Source of the DNA: Trichoplax adhaerens
Taxonomy: Eukaryota; Animalia; Placozoa
Reading direction: 5' to 3'
NCBI RefSeq assembly: GCF_000150275.1
Contig: NW_002060953.1
Location: forward strand, 1,461,693-1,525,692
DNA length: 64,000 bases
Below the pieces are notes generated by a model. The model was not told where the DNA came from. It worked only from the letters and a program-made list of their open reading frames with translations, and made no database searches. Below are positions 24,140 through 38,147 of this stretch, one piece after another; positions within the stretch are counted from its first letter, which is position 1, and the number at the start of each line of letters is the position of its first letter. The translations under genes and the position numbers were made by a program.

Positions 24140-24815
24140 AATGGTACCAGTACAGTGTACAGTACTGTACGTACAGTATTGTACTGTATGATGGTAACGA
24201 TGGCAAAGTAGTGTACACTGTACAGTACAGTACGGTACAATGTACAGTACTGTACAGTACATCAAATACGATCTGCTCTACCGTACACGGTACAGTACAG
24301 TACTTCAGTGTCTTGTACTGTACACTGTACAGTACAGTACAGTACAGTACTGTAAACTGTAAGATACAGTACATGTACTGTACAGTATACTGTACAGTAC
24401 ACACGACGGTGGGCGTCAAAATACAGTACAGTACAGTACAGAACAGTAAAGTAGACTCAGTACATACTGTACAGTAGTTTACTGTACATACTGTACTGTA
24501 CTGTACTGTACAGTATGATGGTAACGATGTTAAGGTACTGTACAAACAGTACAGTACAGTACTGTACACTGTACAGTACAGTACATCAAATACGATCTGC
24601 TCTACCGTACACTGTACTGTACAGCACAGTACTATAAACTGTAAGATACAGTACATGTACTGTATACACACGACGGTGGGCGTCAAAATACGGTACAAAA
24701 CAGTACAGTAGACTCAGTACATACAGTAGTGTATGAAGGTAACGATGGTAAGGTACAAACAGTACTGTATACTGTACAGTACAAACGACGGTGGGCATCA
24801 AAATACTGTACGGTA
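24140..24815. repeat. TACAG/CTGTA satellite with higher-order repeat structure
   Basis: Dense TACAG and CTGTA pentamers interleaved with recurring unique blocks (tatga.ggtaacgatg at ~24187, 24513, 24732; cgacggtgggc.tcaaaata at ~24404, 24670, 24786; catcaaatacgatctgctctaccgtacac twice). Confidence 0.92.
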
Positions 24816-24889
24816 CAGTTGACTAAGCGCATAGTGTGATATGTACTGTAGACATCAGAAAGGGTAGTTGTACCCGATGTAGCTTCCCA

Positions 24890-25216
24890 TACGTGAGTCC
24901 AGTCTCAGTCAAAGCGAGACACGTCTTCCGTCATCATGGCAACCGCCATCCAATCTTTCTGACTACTCGACTTCCACGACTATCGTCGCAAACCAATAGT
25001 TGGCTGCAAGCCGTTATTTTCGAAACGAGAAATCAAGGTGGCGAGTAAAGTAGTCGAAGCTTGACCAGTCTCAAAATAATCGTTTCATATTCTTGGTGTA
25101 CACTTGCACGATCAGTCTACAACTTTCCTCCAGTCTTAGTGCTTAGTTGTTGTTGAATTATTCCCTTATTTGGACGATATTACTATCATCGAATAACAAG
25201 CATCATTCAATGTGCA
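24890..25216. promoter_or_regulatory. Probable bidirectional promoter between beta-CA (-) and the RG-rich gene (+)
   Basis: GC/CpG-richer island between the divergent 5' ends, with CCAAT at ~24950 and ~24993 and an X-box-like GTCATCATGGCAAC at 24930-24943. Confidence 0.5.
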
Positions 25217-27751
25217 ATGGAAGGTAAGTTACATACCTGTCCATGGATTACTGGTATGACTTGAATGAACAAGGGCACCAGTGCCATCCATCAAGAGCTG
25301 TATTTTAAACCGATCATATACTTTACTAGACGTAGAATGGTAATCCTTCCCATCGAACACAAGATAGTATGGCTAAAATACAATACATCCCATTCTATCA
25401 TGACCATGCCTACTAGACAGTACAGTATAGTGTATCCCAAACAGTTTGGAGAGAGACGCATACAGTAGTTTTAAAGTAGGGATAGCTTAGCGTGGTTGTC
25501 GGCAATCAATGACAGGCTACGCATTCAAGCTGGAGCAGTAAATCATTTCACTAGCTTTGTCCAAAACGACATGATTGTTCAGGATGACTTTATTCACTTT
25601 TGTACAGCAGTAAAATGGACGCTCGAGATGTTATGGACTGTTGACATTAAATTAGATTAGTTAATACAAGTCGTGTTAAGCGCAACTACGAGCATGGACA
25701 ATTCATTTTATTGGATGCCCTTCGACACTATCTGTTATAGTAATAACCCATTAGCTACCATAGTAAATCATGGTATACTTGCTTTGATTCTGTAAAAATT
25801 AGTCTGCCATGAAAGGATTATGGGTTAATAAAAGTAGCCATCATAATACGATCGTACCCTACTTCACGCGATCGGCAGTACCAGCGATATTAGATGCAGT
25901 AACACCTTATTTAAAATTCATCATGGTTTGTCGACTTGATCACCCTTCTGCTCTAGTGTGTATTTTAACTGAACGCTAATATGTCAATGAATGAAGATTG
26001 TTCCAATGAATACGTCGATGATTGTTGCAACAGCGAGTTATTTAATTAGAGACGAATTATTAGTGTAAAGATAGTAAGTTATGATCGAACATGATCGTCA
26101 AGTCAAGTGCTATGACGAAAGTGAAAATACAGCTGATACTATAATTGGAGTACTTGCCTACTACAGGATTGACATTTGTATAAATTGTCGTAGTAAAATG
26201 TTCAGATCGAAAGGTCTGTCATTTTCTTTACAATCTTACTTTGATTAAACCAATGATCGTTCATAGGATGTTAATTAATGTTGTTAAGGTTCTAATTATG
26301 ATGGTCGAGGTCGTGGTAGAGGTAGAGGCAGACGCAAGGGTCGAGGTCTGAATAGAGGTAACGGTAGAACAGCCGCTAACCGTAGTAATGATGGAAGAAA
26401 TGAGGATACTGACACATCCAGAGGTGAGAATCGTTTTGTCAATAATACAGATAGACCAAGTAGGGGTGCTTCAAGAGGTGGCAGACGTGGAAGAAGAGGT
26501 GGACCAGCGGTAAGTAATATATATATATACCTTTCAAGCTAAGCAAGTGTAGCGTAATTGTTAGAATCTAGCTATACACTATGGTCTTATTATCATGTGG
26601 ATACATTGTAAACAGGCATATCTATAGAACATTGTACAACATGGACAAATTTTCAACTGTGAATGACATCAAAATAATCGCTTTAGTTAACACTTCAACT
26701 CCATATCAAATAGATGCACAACAGTGTTTTCAATGAATACTAATTGATATCATTATTTACCACTATGAATACATATTAGTATTACTCACAGCCGCAATAC
26801 TATGATGATGAATTCCAAGATCAAGTGGAATACGATGACTTTGATGATAGACGATTAAATAACCCCCGCAATAGAAATCGGCAAAATAGAGATGCCCATA
26901 TAAGCAAGGCAAGACAGGCAAATTTAGCAAAAAAAAGGAATTTTTATAAAGTAAAGTCACTAAAATAGAGAGTATCGCACAAAAGTTGATGAAGAGGCTG
27001 TACTTCTCTAAAGAAAATAGTTTCACGTAACTTTCAACCATTGTAGTTACTTCAGGCCCAGTAGCCAGGTAATAACAGTCTTATCTGCTTTTCATTTATC
27101 TGTCATTGATGAAATTACAGAATCGAAATGAAGAACGAGAAAGCTCTGGTAATAGGTAAGCCATTAAATTATGTCTTGATAGTATGGCTCAACTTTAGGT
27201 AAGTTTTGGTGTATCTATAATTTCGCAGATATAACAACCCTGACGGGCAAATGTTAACTATCACCATTCCAAATCCTGACGCAATCATGAACACCAAATT
27301 CAGGTAATTTTATTTAATGAATAAATAAGGTCGACATTATAAAATGATAACAATATGTGTGCAATTCATTGTTTAATCTATATGAAGAACTAGTGGTCGC
27401 AGTTCTGAATCAAAATCAAGAAGTAGAACCTTTCCTCCACGTTTTCGGGATAAACAACCTATACAAGACAGTCAACAAGTTATATTCGTTGCTCAAGATA
27501 ATGCGAGAAGCAGATCACGCGGAAGAAGTCGACGTAAATATCGAGGTAGAGGCCGAGGAAAACCGCAAGAAGAACAGAATTTTCGTTCAGAAGATCAGGT
27601 TCGATACACAAGAATTGCGTGAATAAATTCATTACAACCGTAAAAATTTACTCTTATCAGTATTGCTTTTGACTTTCCCTCTCAGTCCTACAACGCAACA
27701 GAAAGAGAGGTGGCATTCATCCCTAGCGGCCGATCTGTTAAAATGTATTAG
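25217..27751 (+). CDS. RG/RGG-rich low-complexity protein, putative RNA-binding (multi-exon, unknown family)
   Basis: ATG GAA G/gtaagt at 25217. The exon at 26290 encodes GSNYDGRGRGRGRGRRKGRG..RGGRRGRRGGPA. Further exons at ~26780, 27121, 27229, 27394 (SRGRSRRKYRGRGRG) and 27686 end VKMY-TAG at 27751. The donor after the 26780 exon is uncertain (possible GC donor at ~26909). Confidence 0.72.
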
Positions 27752-28322
27752 AAATAGCCGAGATTCTTCACGAGGATCATGAATCAGGATAACAAAGTTT
27801 ATTTCCCAATTTTTTCAGTGTAGATACTTGCTTTAGGCAATTAATATCATATTATATGTAGAGTCTAATTAATTCATTGTTGTAAATGAGCAAAATTTAT
27901 GATAGATTTAGAAAGTTTAGTAGCTCATCATTTATTCATCTACTCGTATTGGGTGCGTTATTTTATCATGCCTGGCAACTGCCAATCCATTAAGAATCAA
28001 TGCCATTGAAATTACACCAAAACGGTACTATCAATACGAATATGAACTAAATCAGTTATCCCTTGCTCATATTTTATTGTGTATTCAATGGATGTTCGTA
28101 ATGGTAGTATCTTATTGCAGTCGCATTGTTAATAACATTATTTTCAGCAGGTTTTTAATTAATAGCAATATAAGACTGCTTTCTTTCAATTGTAGAATAT
28201 TGTATGAGTTTCAATAGTATATAAAAATAATCATCACCTGTAAAAGTTTAAAATTAATGTATATTATTTTTAATATTATCATCATTTTCATTATCATTCA
28301 ATGATTTTATGAATTTTGATGT

Positions 28323-31300
28323 TCAAGCTGCGGGTTGATTAACTTCGGCTGCAATTACGAAGCGTCGAATAAAATTGTGTATCAGACATGAAAATCAAAC
28401 TTGTGTCTTATTATAAAAGTGAGAGAATAAATGGCATACGATAATTATATTCTCAACTGGTAGGACAGTTACAAATTCTGATTGCTGACTGATGTGGGAA
28501 TTTTTTGCACCATCAATCAAACCTAATGTTCACGAGGTGTTAAGAAGCCTATCCGAAATAAGACCCCATGGCGTTGCTTTATTTCGTTCACGTTCTATCT
28601 TCGTGATACGGCATATTAATTTCATTTTTATATCTTACGTGGCCATATTCTCACGCCTTCTCTCCAATTTAATTATCCCTAAATTAGCAAATAGCAATTT
28701 AACATAAAATAATTTATTTAGGTATTTACTCAGTACCGATAAAACCGAGTCTGTTTTCCAAACGCAGTTTATTAATCAAAATGTTATAATTAAAATTATT
28801 CATGGCATAATATTTTAAAGTCAGAGTAATCAATTTATTCACAAACTACAGCTACTTACAGGTTAAAATCATGCCTAAAGCCAATAAACCAATTAAGACA
28901 CAATTTGCGATTAAAGTATGGGATGGACGATTAAGAATTCTGTCCATGATACTTATTAATGATATTCCAAAGATCTGATAAAACAAAAATTATACTCTGA
29001 GGTAACAAGTTTATCTACCGTTTGCAACGAAGGAATCAACGATGAGCTAATCATCAGGATTGCCCTCCTTATTGCAAGCGCCAAACATTAAATGAAAACT
29101 CAGTATTGTAACTATCTCGTAGACACAGCAGTAGTCTAACCTCTTTTCAAAGTATTACTTAAGAACTATTGCATTAAAAACCGTCAGGCGTAACAGTAAT
29201 GCAATGAATAGAGTTTTAGTCTCTAAGATTCGAAATCCACTCAGTCAAAATTTGAAAACGACTCTACTGTGATTTTATGTTAAACTAGCAATAAATCATA
29301 AATCTATTTATGTCTAGTAAATCTAACCTGAGCAGAACAATTTAACAAACCAGATGATAGCCCTTCAGAAATAGGATACGTCATTTCAGCCGCAAACTCA
29401 AATCCAACGGGCAATATGGCCGTAGCAAAGAATCTATTCGAAAAAAAGTGAAGATTGCTTACGCACAAAGAATTCTTCGCTATGTCCAGCAATGAACTAC
29501 TGTATAAATTATTCAAAATGAAGAATTACCCAAAAGCACCACAAATAAAATAAAGTACTTCAAGTTGTTTAAAATAAACTCCTAGGGTGAACGCTACAGC
29601 GGCGATGACGGAGAAAATGTAGAACGTGACCGTAGTCCCTCTATAGAGAATCATTAAGGTAGAAAACTGCAGTTCCAAGGACATACCATCATTTGAACTC
29701 AATTATAGGCGTATATGGTAACGAATCAAGAAGTGTAAATACTAACTTGAATCGCCTAGTCCAATCAAGCCAAAATCCAACCAGAAAGGCTCCAACTAGA
29801 CCACTAATAATAAGAATAAAGCCCATAATACCCACAGCCACTTCTTGATTCTATTTCAGTCAGTGAAATTTATCAAAACGTCTAGTTTGGCGTATACCTA
29901 AGCCTAATCTCCTGCCAAGATTATATTTTTATTCATTAAATACAAGAGCATGCAATTACCGGTATTTCCGGTAAGATAATTTCGCCTAGAAGTGTCGAAA
30001 TTGCGTAGTAGCTTCCAGTAATTATTCCTAAATATTTGCAAAATAGATTCGTAAATACTGTAGGCTCAATTTTATTGAATAGATTTACTTTTCATGATCC
30101 TGTACCATACTATCCGTTACGATATGATTATTACAAATGTAATCTAGAGAGGACAATCAACTTGCTGGCAACGTATTCTTCGAATAAAATGGATCACATA
30201 CCATAAGATATTAACAGAAGCATAAAATTTCGATTCATTATTAGCATTTTTATGTCTCTCGTAAAGGGATGTCTAGGTGTAACGATGATGTGATTTTGAT
30301 TCCCTGATATACTCTCTTGATCATCATCACGCGCTAACTGTAAGTCTAAGAAATAAAACGAAATTTAAATAAGTTACATATTAAATGCCTGATAGCAATC
30401 GCAAATAGTACTCTATTCAAAATGTGAAAAGATTACTAGCCTTTATGGCTATTAATACAGTCAAGAATGCAGAATCAAACAAATCATGACTACTTAAAAT
30501 AAAGCAAACTACCCCCTGCGTTACCTAATACTGACGGAATGTTCTCGTTATCATTATATTGCGCAGTTCCTGTTAATGAAAAGTATAATTTCGTGGAATT
30601 AATACAGTTATAACCAGTGGATATTAAAGTGAGTTCAAGATCGTCTCTTAGAAACGGTATTATTAATCAACTATTAATGACAAATTTGGGTTCACCATAA
30701 CGGACGTTAAGGTCCTTGCTGATATTATTATTCAATTTTTCCGTTCGTGGCTCTTGAGGAAATACTATATATTCATGATAAGATCATTAAACAGTTCAAG
30801 CAATTTAAATTTCAATAAAAAAAATCATATAAAGTGCGTGGTGGCACCAAAATACCTATGAAAATTAAAATGATGATGATCATGCATGAGCATGCTTGAG
30901 CTAATAGTAAATTCGATAAGTTATGGCTGAACACAGCTTGATTAATAACCACTGGGACCGATATAGGAGAAAGAATAAAGCCGATAGCAGATCCGACCTG
31001 TGGAATAATTCTGTTTAGTAAACGTATTAACGCACTAATTGAAATAGTTTGAGTTTTCGACAGATAACAATAATTTTTACTTAAAGCTCACCTGATTAGC
31101 AAACACAGCTATTGCTGTTGCTGCTGATCGCTGATTCATAGGAAACCAAATAGCTGCCAACCTAAGAATATTATAATAAATGTAAAAATTGATCCTCTAT
31201 TATGAATAGTCTAGCCGAAGAAAAATGATATTCATACGTAAATACCAAGCTTTTTAACCTCCTATACTAAAATGACATCTGAAAAAAATTCTATCATTTT

Positions 31301-32771
31301 TATGCCAGAAATCAAATATTAAATTTTCTCACGACCAGCTAGGAACATGTCAGAAATAGAAAGCCTACTTTGCTGGAATTCCTAATGTGAAGGATTGAGC
31401 CAATGAAGAAACTATCTGGCCTACCATCAGCAACCAAAACGTATCAGGATGACTTCCTGAGTATCGTAACCATGCACCAATAGCATTTAGGAGTCCTCCA
31501 TATGTAACAGCCGCTTTTAAACCATCCGTTTCCAGCAACCAGGTGGAAGGTAAAATAAATAGAATGTAAGTAGCCATGTATATTTGAGATAACCAGTTAA
31601 TCGCCGTGGAAGTAACATTATAATAGCCTATCAAAGGCATCAATGAGTCAATCTGACCAATAACGCAATTGAGTGAGATCATATTGTGAATACACAGATC
31701 AATTTTAGAAATATGTGAATGAGGTATGGGTTCAGTTTTTATTAAAGAGAGACTAGTGGTGGTGGCTATTCCTCCTAGCAATGGAAAGCTCGTCAGTGTT
31801 GTAGTCATATACAGTAGTCTATAGGTGGGTGTCGGAAAGAATAAAGCTACCAGCAAGCTGACAGTAAATAACTTTCTAGCTGTAGTTTTAATTTCCTAGT
31901 TACAAATTTCATAGTAAAGTATTAAAGCCTATTCTATCGACAAATATCGTTGCAGGCAGTAGTTTGAATTTCTTAACCAAGTACTAACGCCTATTCTATG
32001 AGCAGATACAGTATACTTGCAACAACATAGCAATGTAGCAATGGCTTTAATCCCCTTGTTCTAAATTTCCCAACTGACTACTAAAAAGCCTACTGTATGA
32101 ATATTACGCGTATGAGCAGATATCCTAGCGATAATCAAGCAATCTAGTAATTTTAATTTTCGTTATTTTGAAGGAGTTTCCTAACAGTACTAAAGCTTAT
32201 CCTATGGACAGATACCTTTGCGACAATCAAAACAATTTAGCTGTAATGTTTAATTTCCTAACAAAGTTCTAAAGCCTATTCTATGGACAGATATCCAGCA
32301 ATCACTGTACAGTATGCTCTATACTGTAGACTAGAAGGTGGAAAAAAATGCTGAGATTTCCTTACTTAGTATTTAGGTTAATGACTTCGGGGACAGTGAA
32401 TTAGCATTGCTAAGCTGTTGTACCTTACTCGCTAAATTTTGCCAATTGAACTGCAGTTCTGTCATTGTGTGTTCAAACATGGCAATAATAAAATATAATG
32501 CAATAAATAGCAAAACGATGATGTAATGCAAACCTTCCAATTGCACAGCGATTGGCGCAAACGTTATCCATTGCATTCCATTGCTACCAGTTAATAACGA
32601 AAAAGCAAAGAGAGCCATAAAACGCTTACGTCGATTATCTTTACTAGTAAGAGAGTCATTTGTAGATTGGCACTCTTGTTTGCTATTGCTAGCGATGATT
32701 ATGGGAACTGTGTCGGCGTTTTCATCGCTTTCATGAGTTACAACATGTTGTCGATTTTCCATAGGGATCAT
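28323..32771 (-). CDS. MFS transporter of the FLVCR/SLC49 family (choline/ethanolamine/heme transporter-like), multi-exon
   Basis: Segments [84 protein letters not shown] and [35 protein letters not shown] are typical of FLVCR. The last exon EVNQPAA-TGA at 28323 is phase-consistent; an alternative stop lies at ~28636 if that intron is not spliced. Confidence 0.88.
31860..32310. repeat. Degenerate minisatellite (~60-70 bp unit, ~5 copies) in an FLVCR intron
   Basis: A motif like tttcctaac..agtactaaagcctattctatg.acagata recurs at ~31920, 31970, 32080, 32178 and 32255. Confidence 0.75.
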
Positions 32772-35700
32772 TAATTAGTTATGGATAGCACTATAGGTAT
32801 ACAATCTGTTTAGAGACTAGATTAGCCAAGTTGTCCTTGCTCTTGAAACCAAAAGATAGTCAGGGTATAACAACGTAAAACATGTACAGGATATGTATTA
32901 ATTTCCACCAACCTTCGCGTACATAAAAAATGATTCTGTTCACCAATGTCGATGAATTGTTATACTTCCTCACACTGTTCTTGCAGTAGAATTATGCCAA
33001 ACTATGTCTAATACCGTAATATCTTGACCCTGACGAATAAAAATGGAGACTTTGACAGGAGCTATTTGGTTGCAGCGAGTACAATCATCAACATATAATT
33101 TATCAACCACTTGCAATGGATGAAATTTGGGTTAATTTTTTCAATTTTGACCTAGTAAAATGATTCTTCTACTATAAAACTGTAACAAGCTGCAGTGAAT
33201 GATATTTATATGCGAATGTAGCATGTTGATTTATTCGATATAGTTATATATCAATGTCCATCCAGCAAATGGGCAAGACAGCAATAAGCTTACGTTAATA
33301 AAATATTTCTTTCCACAATGAGTAATAGTGCCAGGATTGATAGACTACTGCCGCGATTGAAGGCCTAGTCTAACTTTGTAACTCGCTTTTCCAATTGGTT
33401 ATAACGTTGATGTAATAATCAAGCGAACAAATTATTCCATACTGTCATTGGGCTTCACCAAGAAAGAATAACAAAGTACAGCGGTGGTGCTTTGCTTCCT
33501 TTTAGCTAATGTACTAGTGTACAAGTTCATTGCTCGTAAGTAAGTAACATGTCAGTATGAGGTAGAGTACAGTTTAATAACATGGACTGAATATTAATCG
33601 GTAGTGGCCATGACAGTGGACAGACATGACTAGACGACAGACATACGGTAAACGAAAGAGACGAGAAGTCAGTCAAGGTCTCATGGACTACTAAAAGAGC
33701 GAAATCCTCCTCTAAGTTTTGTCTCTTTTACTAAACCCATCCGTTTAATGATGATAGTAATAAAGGCAGAAGTAAGAGAAAAGATTTTTGCCTCTATGCT
33801 AAACAGTATACGGTACAGTAGTTGCAAAAAACGTTCACAGACCGTTTCAAAGTCTCCATAACCCAGACCGTATTTTAGCACCATTGCTTTGCCTCTAAAA
33901 TGTCAAAAATAATGGATGCTCATTTTTGTATCATGCAAATCAACTATGGAGAACAGATTGTAATAATGCTTTTCTACTTCATGCCAATGAATACAAATAC
34001 AATCATGATGCAAAATCGACGCAATTGAGTCATAATCAATTTTGTTACTTACTGTAGTTAACGTCAGAATTCTTACTACAATTTATCAAATACGACGCCA
34101 GACTACGAGCACTCTTTGGTTGAAATGGCTTATTGCATATGTGATCAATAGGATATAATTAATTAGTTAACTTCATCACCGACAACATACAGTACTTGCG
34201 ATCGAACCTTGAACTAGAGTAACGAGAAACCATACTCCAAAAAAAAAAAATGAGGGACGAAAAGTGGCATTCAGTGCAAAAAATAAGAGGGAGGCACATC
34301 ATTTTTCCGGCCATTTCACTTTAATAGGTTACCATGAAACCATTTATCATACTGCACAAAATCAATCTAGCTGCTAATTAATATATAATCAATTCGAATG
34401 TCATCTGCAAGCAGCCATCGACTGGTCTGCAATAGAAAGTGATGATTTTTGGTCTTTGAAGGGGAAGTAAGAAATTGGTATTTCTCACAATTTTAGCAAA
34501 TATTTGAACCATAGGTGTGCCATTTCAACTGTACCGTATTGCGATGGACAAATAACGCTACAGTCAAAAATCAAAATAGGTTTCACAATAGTGATCTCTC
34601 TAAGTAGCATTATTGATTCGATTTTAGACCAGTACAGTACTTTCCAGTGACATTCTACTAATGGACTGTTTTCCATAATTTGTGGCTGTGATATTCAGTA
34701 GAAAGATGTTCTCGTGTTAGAGGTAAGCGTAAACATTTGACATAATAAAATGCCGATGAATGAGTTCATAACTAAATAACTACCGCTTGCTTCGCTGGGC
34801 ATATAGAATTAATTGTTTAAAATGATTAATGCTGTTAATTTCAAAACTGGTATGATTAATTATTTAAATCCAATTTTATGGTGTTGCGCATTCTCTGGTA
34901 AATCTTCTCTACACTTTTATCAAATGCAATAGGGGGTAAGTTGGTTGTAAAATTATAATAGTAATGTTAAGATCTATGATATGAATTCAAAAAAAATTTC
35001 TTACGAAAGAATCACATATTTTTCATATAGTGCTAATATTACAGTTTACGTATTTATGCCTTGGGTCTATAAGTCAAAAACATATTTTGATATTTAAGCA
35101 TTATATTTGGAGAGTTGTAACTTGTCATATTACAATGAATAGATCAAATCAAGATGGATGTTTCTATATTATAAATTTTACTTTTCAATATTTATTGAAT
35201 CGACAATTCCAATGTATTTACAAGTGTTCATTATAATTTTAAATCATTTGTTATATGTGGCCATTCCAATCTATATATCCACCAAATTTACTGGAACGAA
35301 CAGGGCGTAAGTTGATACTTAATAACAATAACTTATGATGATACGTATGTGTGCTACAGTATAAATTGAGCTAATTTATCTATTAAAGTAGGTAAATTTA
35401 ATATAGAATGATGATACTGGGTCAGTTTTATATTGTATCAAACATCATACTGAGATAGTTATGTACTAAAAAAGTCTTATATTCGTAAAATATGGCAGCA
35501 GAAATCAGATAGCTGGTAAGATGCAGCTAATATTATAACAATAATAATAATCTAGACTGCCTTTATAATGAGAATATATTTGTTTATTTTGTTCTTACAT
35601 AATTGAAGCAATAGCAGAATTATAAATATTAACGTTAAAGACTATTAGCACATAAAATTTGCTATTTTAGATCAATTTTCAACTATTAATTATTTTCTTA

Positions 35701-38147
35701 TTAAGCCTAAAAATGACGAAAATTAACATTCCTAATAATGTAGTAGAGCATTAGTATTCAATATTCTTCATTCCACCATCAAAGTGAATTATTCTAAATT
35801 TTGTCTTGGCACGGCGACTACAATAACTCATTTTGATATGATTTGAAAAAAGTATTGAAATATCGTTAGGTTTTTAATATTTAATGCCTTTAATTATAAA
35901 TCTAATCCTATTTTCATTTTATCTTTTTCATTATGCTTCATATTTAAAACAATTCATACCTTGGGTATTTGAAATTATATAGAAGAAATCATTTCGTCCA
36001 AAATCGGTATGTCCTCAATATAGCTATTAGAATTAGTATAAAAATGGAAGACTGCGCACCTGAAACCTATTTTTATAATGATTGTATCTAATATATTCTT
36101 AATAAATTTCTTAAAAATAAAACAGTAACTTGATAGCTTTCAGTTGAATAACAAAACTAGCATTAATCGTAAAGAAGAAATTGATCGACGGATGGAAGTA
36201 CCGGTATCAACAACTGCCAACAAATTCCGTTCGCCTCAATTAATGTTAGCCTTGTAGTGATTAAATGTAAAACTGGAACGACTTTTATGACCATAATCTA
36301 GACTGAAAGCCAGTAATATGTTACCATGTTGACATTATCATTGTATCTTGTTCCGTTGAAACTAGTAACTTAGATAGTTTGTGCGTAGATCGATTAGTTG
36401 TACGAATTTTTGAAGTCTACTTCAGCATTTACTGTTAAAAATAATGGTCAGCTTTACTTTTAAAGCATACAGTATTGTTGTGCGTGGTGAATATAGACTT
36501 TAATGGATTAATAAAATCGATCAAAAAAGTACTACTATTGCAAGAAATAAACTGATTGCGTTATATTACTCAGTACTATCAGTTGGCTGAATACTACTTG
36601 AAAAGCTTTATATATTTCACATTCCATACGAAATATTAGTAGCGCTAAATAATAAGCTGCCTTATTCATTTTAGTGCTAAACCTTGGATTAAGACCAAAA
36701 TCTTCTTTGCGTAATTTTGCATATTTTAAGGTTTTGATTAATATTAATAGAACAACCGCAGTCGTATAATAATATTTCCTGTAAAATCTATACGATCATT
36801 CTCTTTGCATTTGCTATTTATCGATGAATTTCATTAAAAAGTATTCAAAATTCTATCATTCCACACTGAATTTTTAAGCACACATTTATCGTAACTCCCC
36901 TAGCTGTTACGATAGCAAGCTTACTAACAGCTGATAGCAAGTTATAAACCTCGGACCTGACTGTGTCATATATGTAAATTATATAATCATTGCATCGCCG
37001 GTGTGTAGCTTTGCCTAGTTATGATATCAAATATAAACTATTGCGAGATAATATACTGCAGATTGAAAAGCATGCTAAGCTTGAACATTTAAACTATATA
37101 TGGTCGTAGTATGAGCGTTTCAAAAGTACCCATTGCGATGGACTACTTTAAGCAGGTCTTCTTTTGGTTTTCCATGATACCTGTATACTATATGGTATAC
37201 AGCAGAAGCAGGCTGTGACTAGTCACTCTTTTTGACAGACAGACAATTAGGCTCTAACTTTATCTCGTATACATATTTTGCCAAACCCTTCATAATGACA
37301 GTACTTCAGTATGGATAGTCGATTCTGAATCGAGCGATTTTTCTACATTAACAGTTGGTAATGTTACGTTAAATCTTATTATCTGTTACCAAGTTTAGCT
37401 TGATTACAGCTATATAAAATGTATTTGAATTAGCACGAGTGATTTAGAAAACAAATATGGAAGAAGATCTGTACTATGTTCCGTAACTATTTTCGACTTT
37501 TACGGTCTTATCTGGTTAGCAAAGTCCGTTAATCGATAATACTGTATAGCTCAGCAGGATTTACCGTTAATCGCATTAAACTAAATTATACATAATTGTC
37601 GATTAAAGCAGTTCCCGAATAATTATAAATGATATAGTCATGTTTTTATTTCATTTTGAGCCGTTTCAGCGGCATCTTTGGATATATCGTAGAAAAATTA
37701 TTGGGTCTAGTGTATAATTTAGCGAAGTAAAAAACGACTTCACATAGGAGAAATCATGTTGCTTTATTAATTATTAAATTATACAGGATTACCGATTAAT
37801 TCAACTACTTTAAATTCGTATAAATGTCAATCAGTGTTTTCTTTTACATATCGAATAGACAGCCGCGACATGCCGATTATGAACTCTATCTGAGTGTTCA
37901 AATTATTAGACAATGCTGTCAATTAATATGCCTAAAATGGAGCGTTTGGTATACATCAATTCTAAGGAGGTTCTTTTCAAAATTGCGAGGCCTTCCACGG
38001 CTCTTGGTGTGGAGCTAGTCAGCTGACCTTGTTTACTGGATTGCATAAGAATGTACTGCACATGCTCGGTAACAGGCCAACTGGATTGCTTGGAAACGTG
38101 AGAGAAACCAACCTGAACTCGTAGTCAAATTGGAGAACTTGGATATC

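Noticed and set aside
24126-24801. ORFs of 190, 113 and 71 aa rich in C/T/V/Q/Y/S
   Set aside because: These are translations of the TACAG/CTGTA satellite on both strands, with no protein-like complexity.
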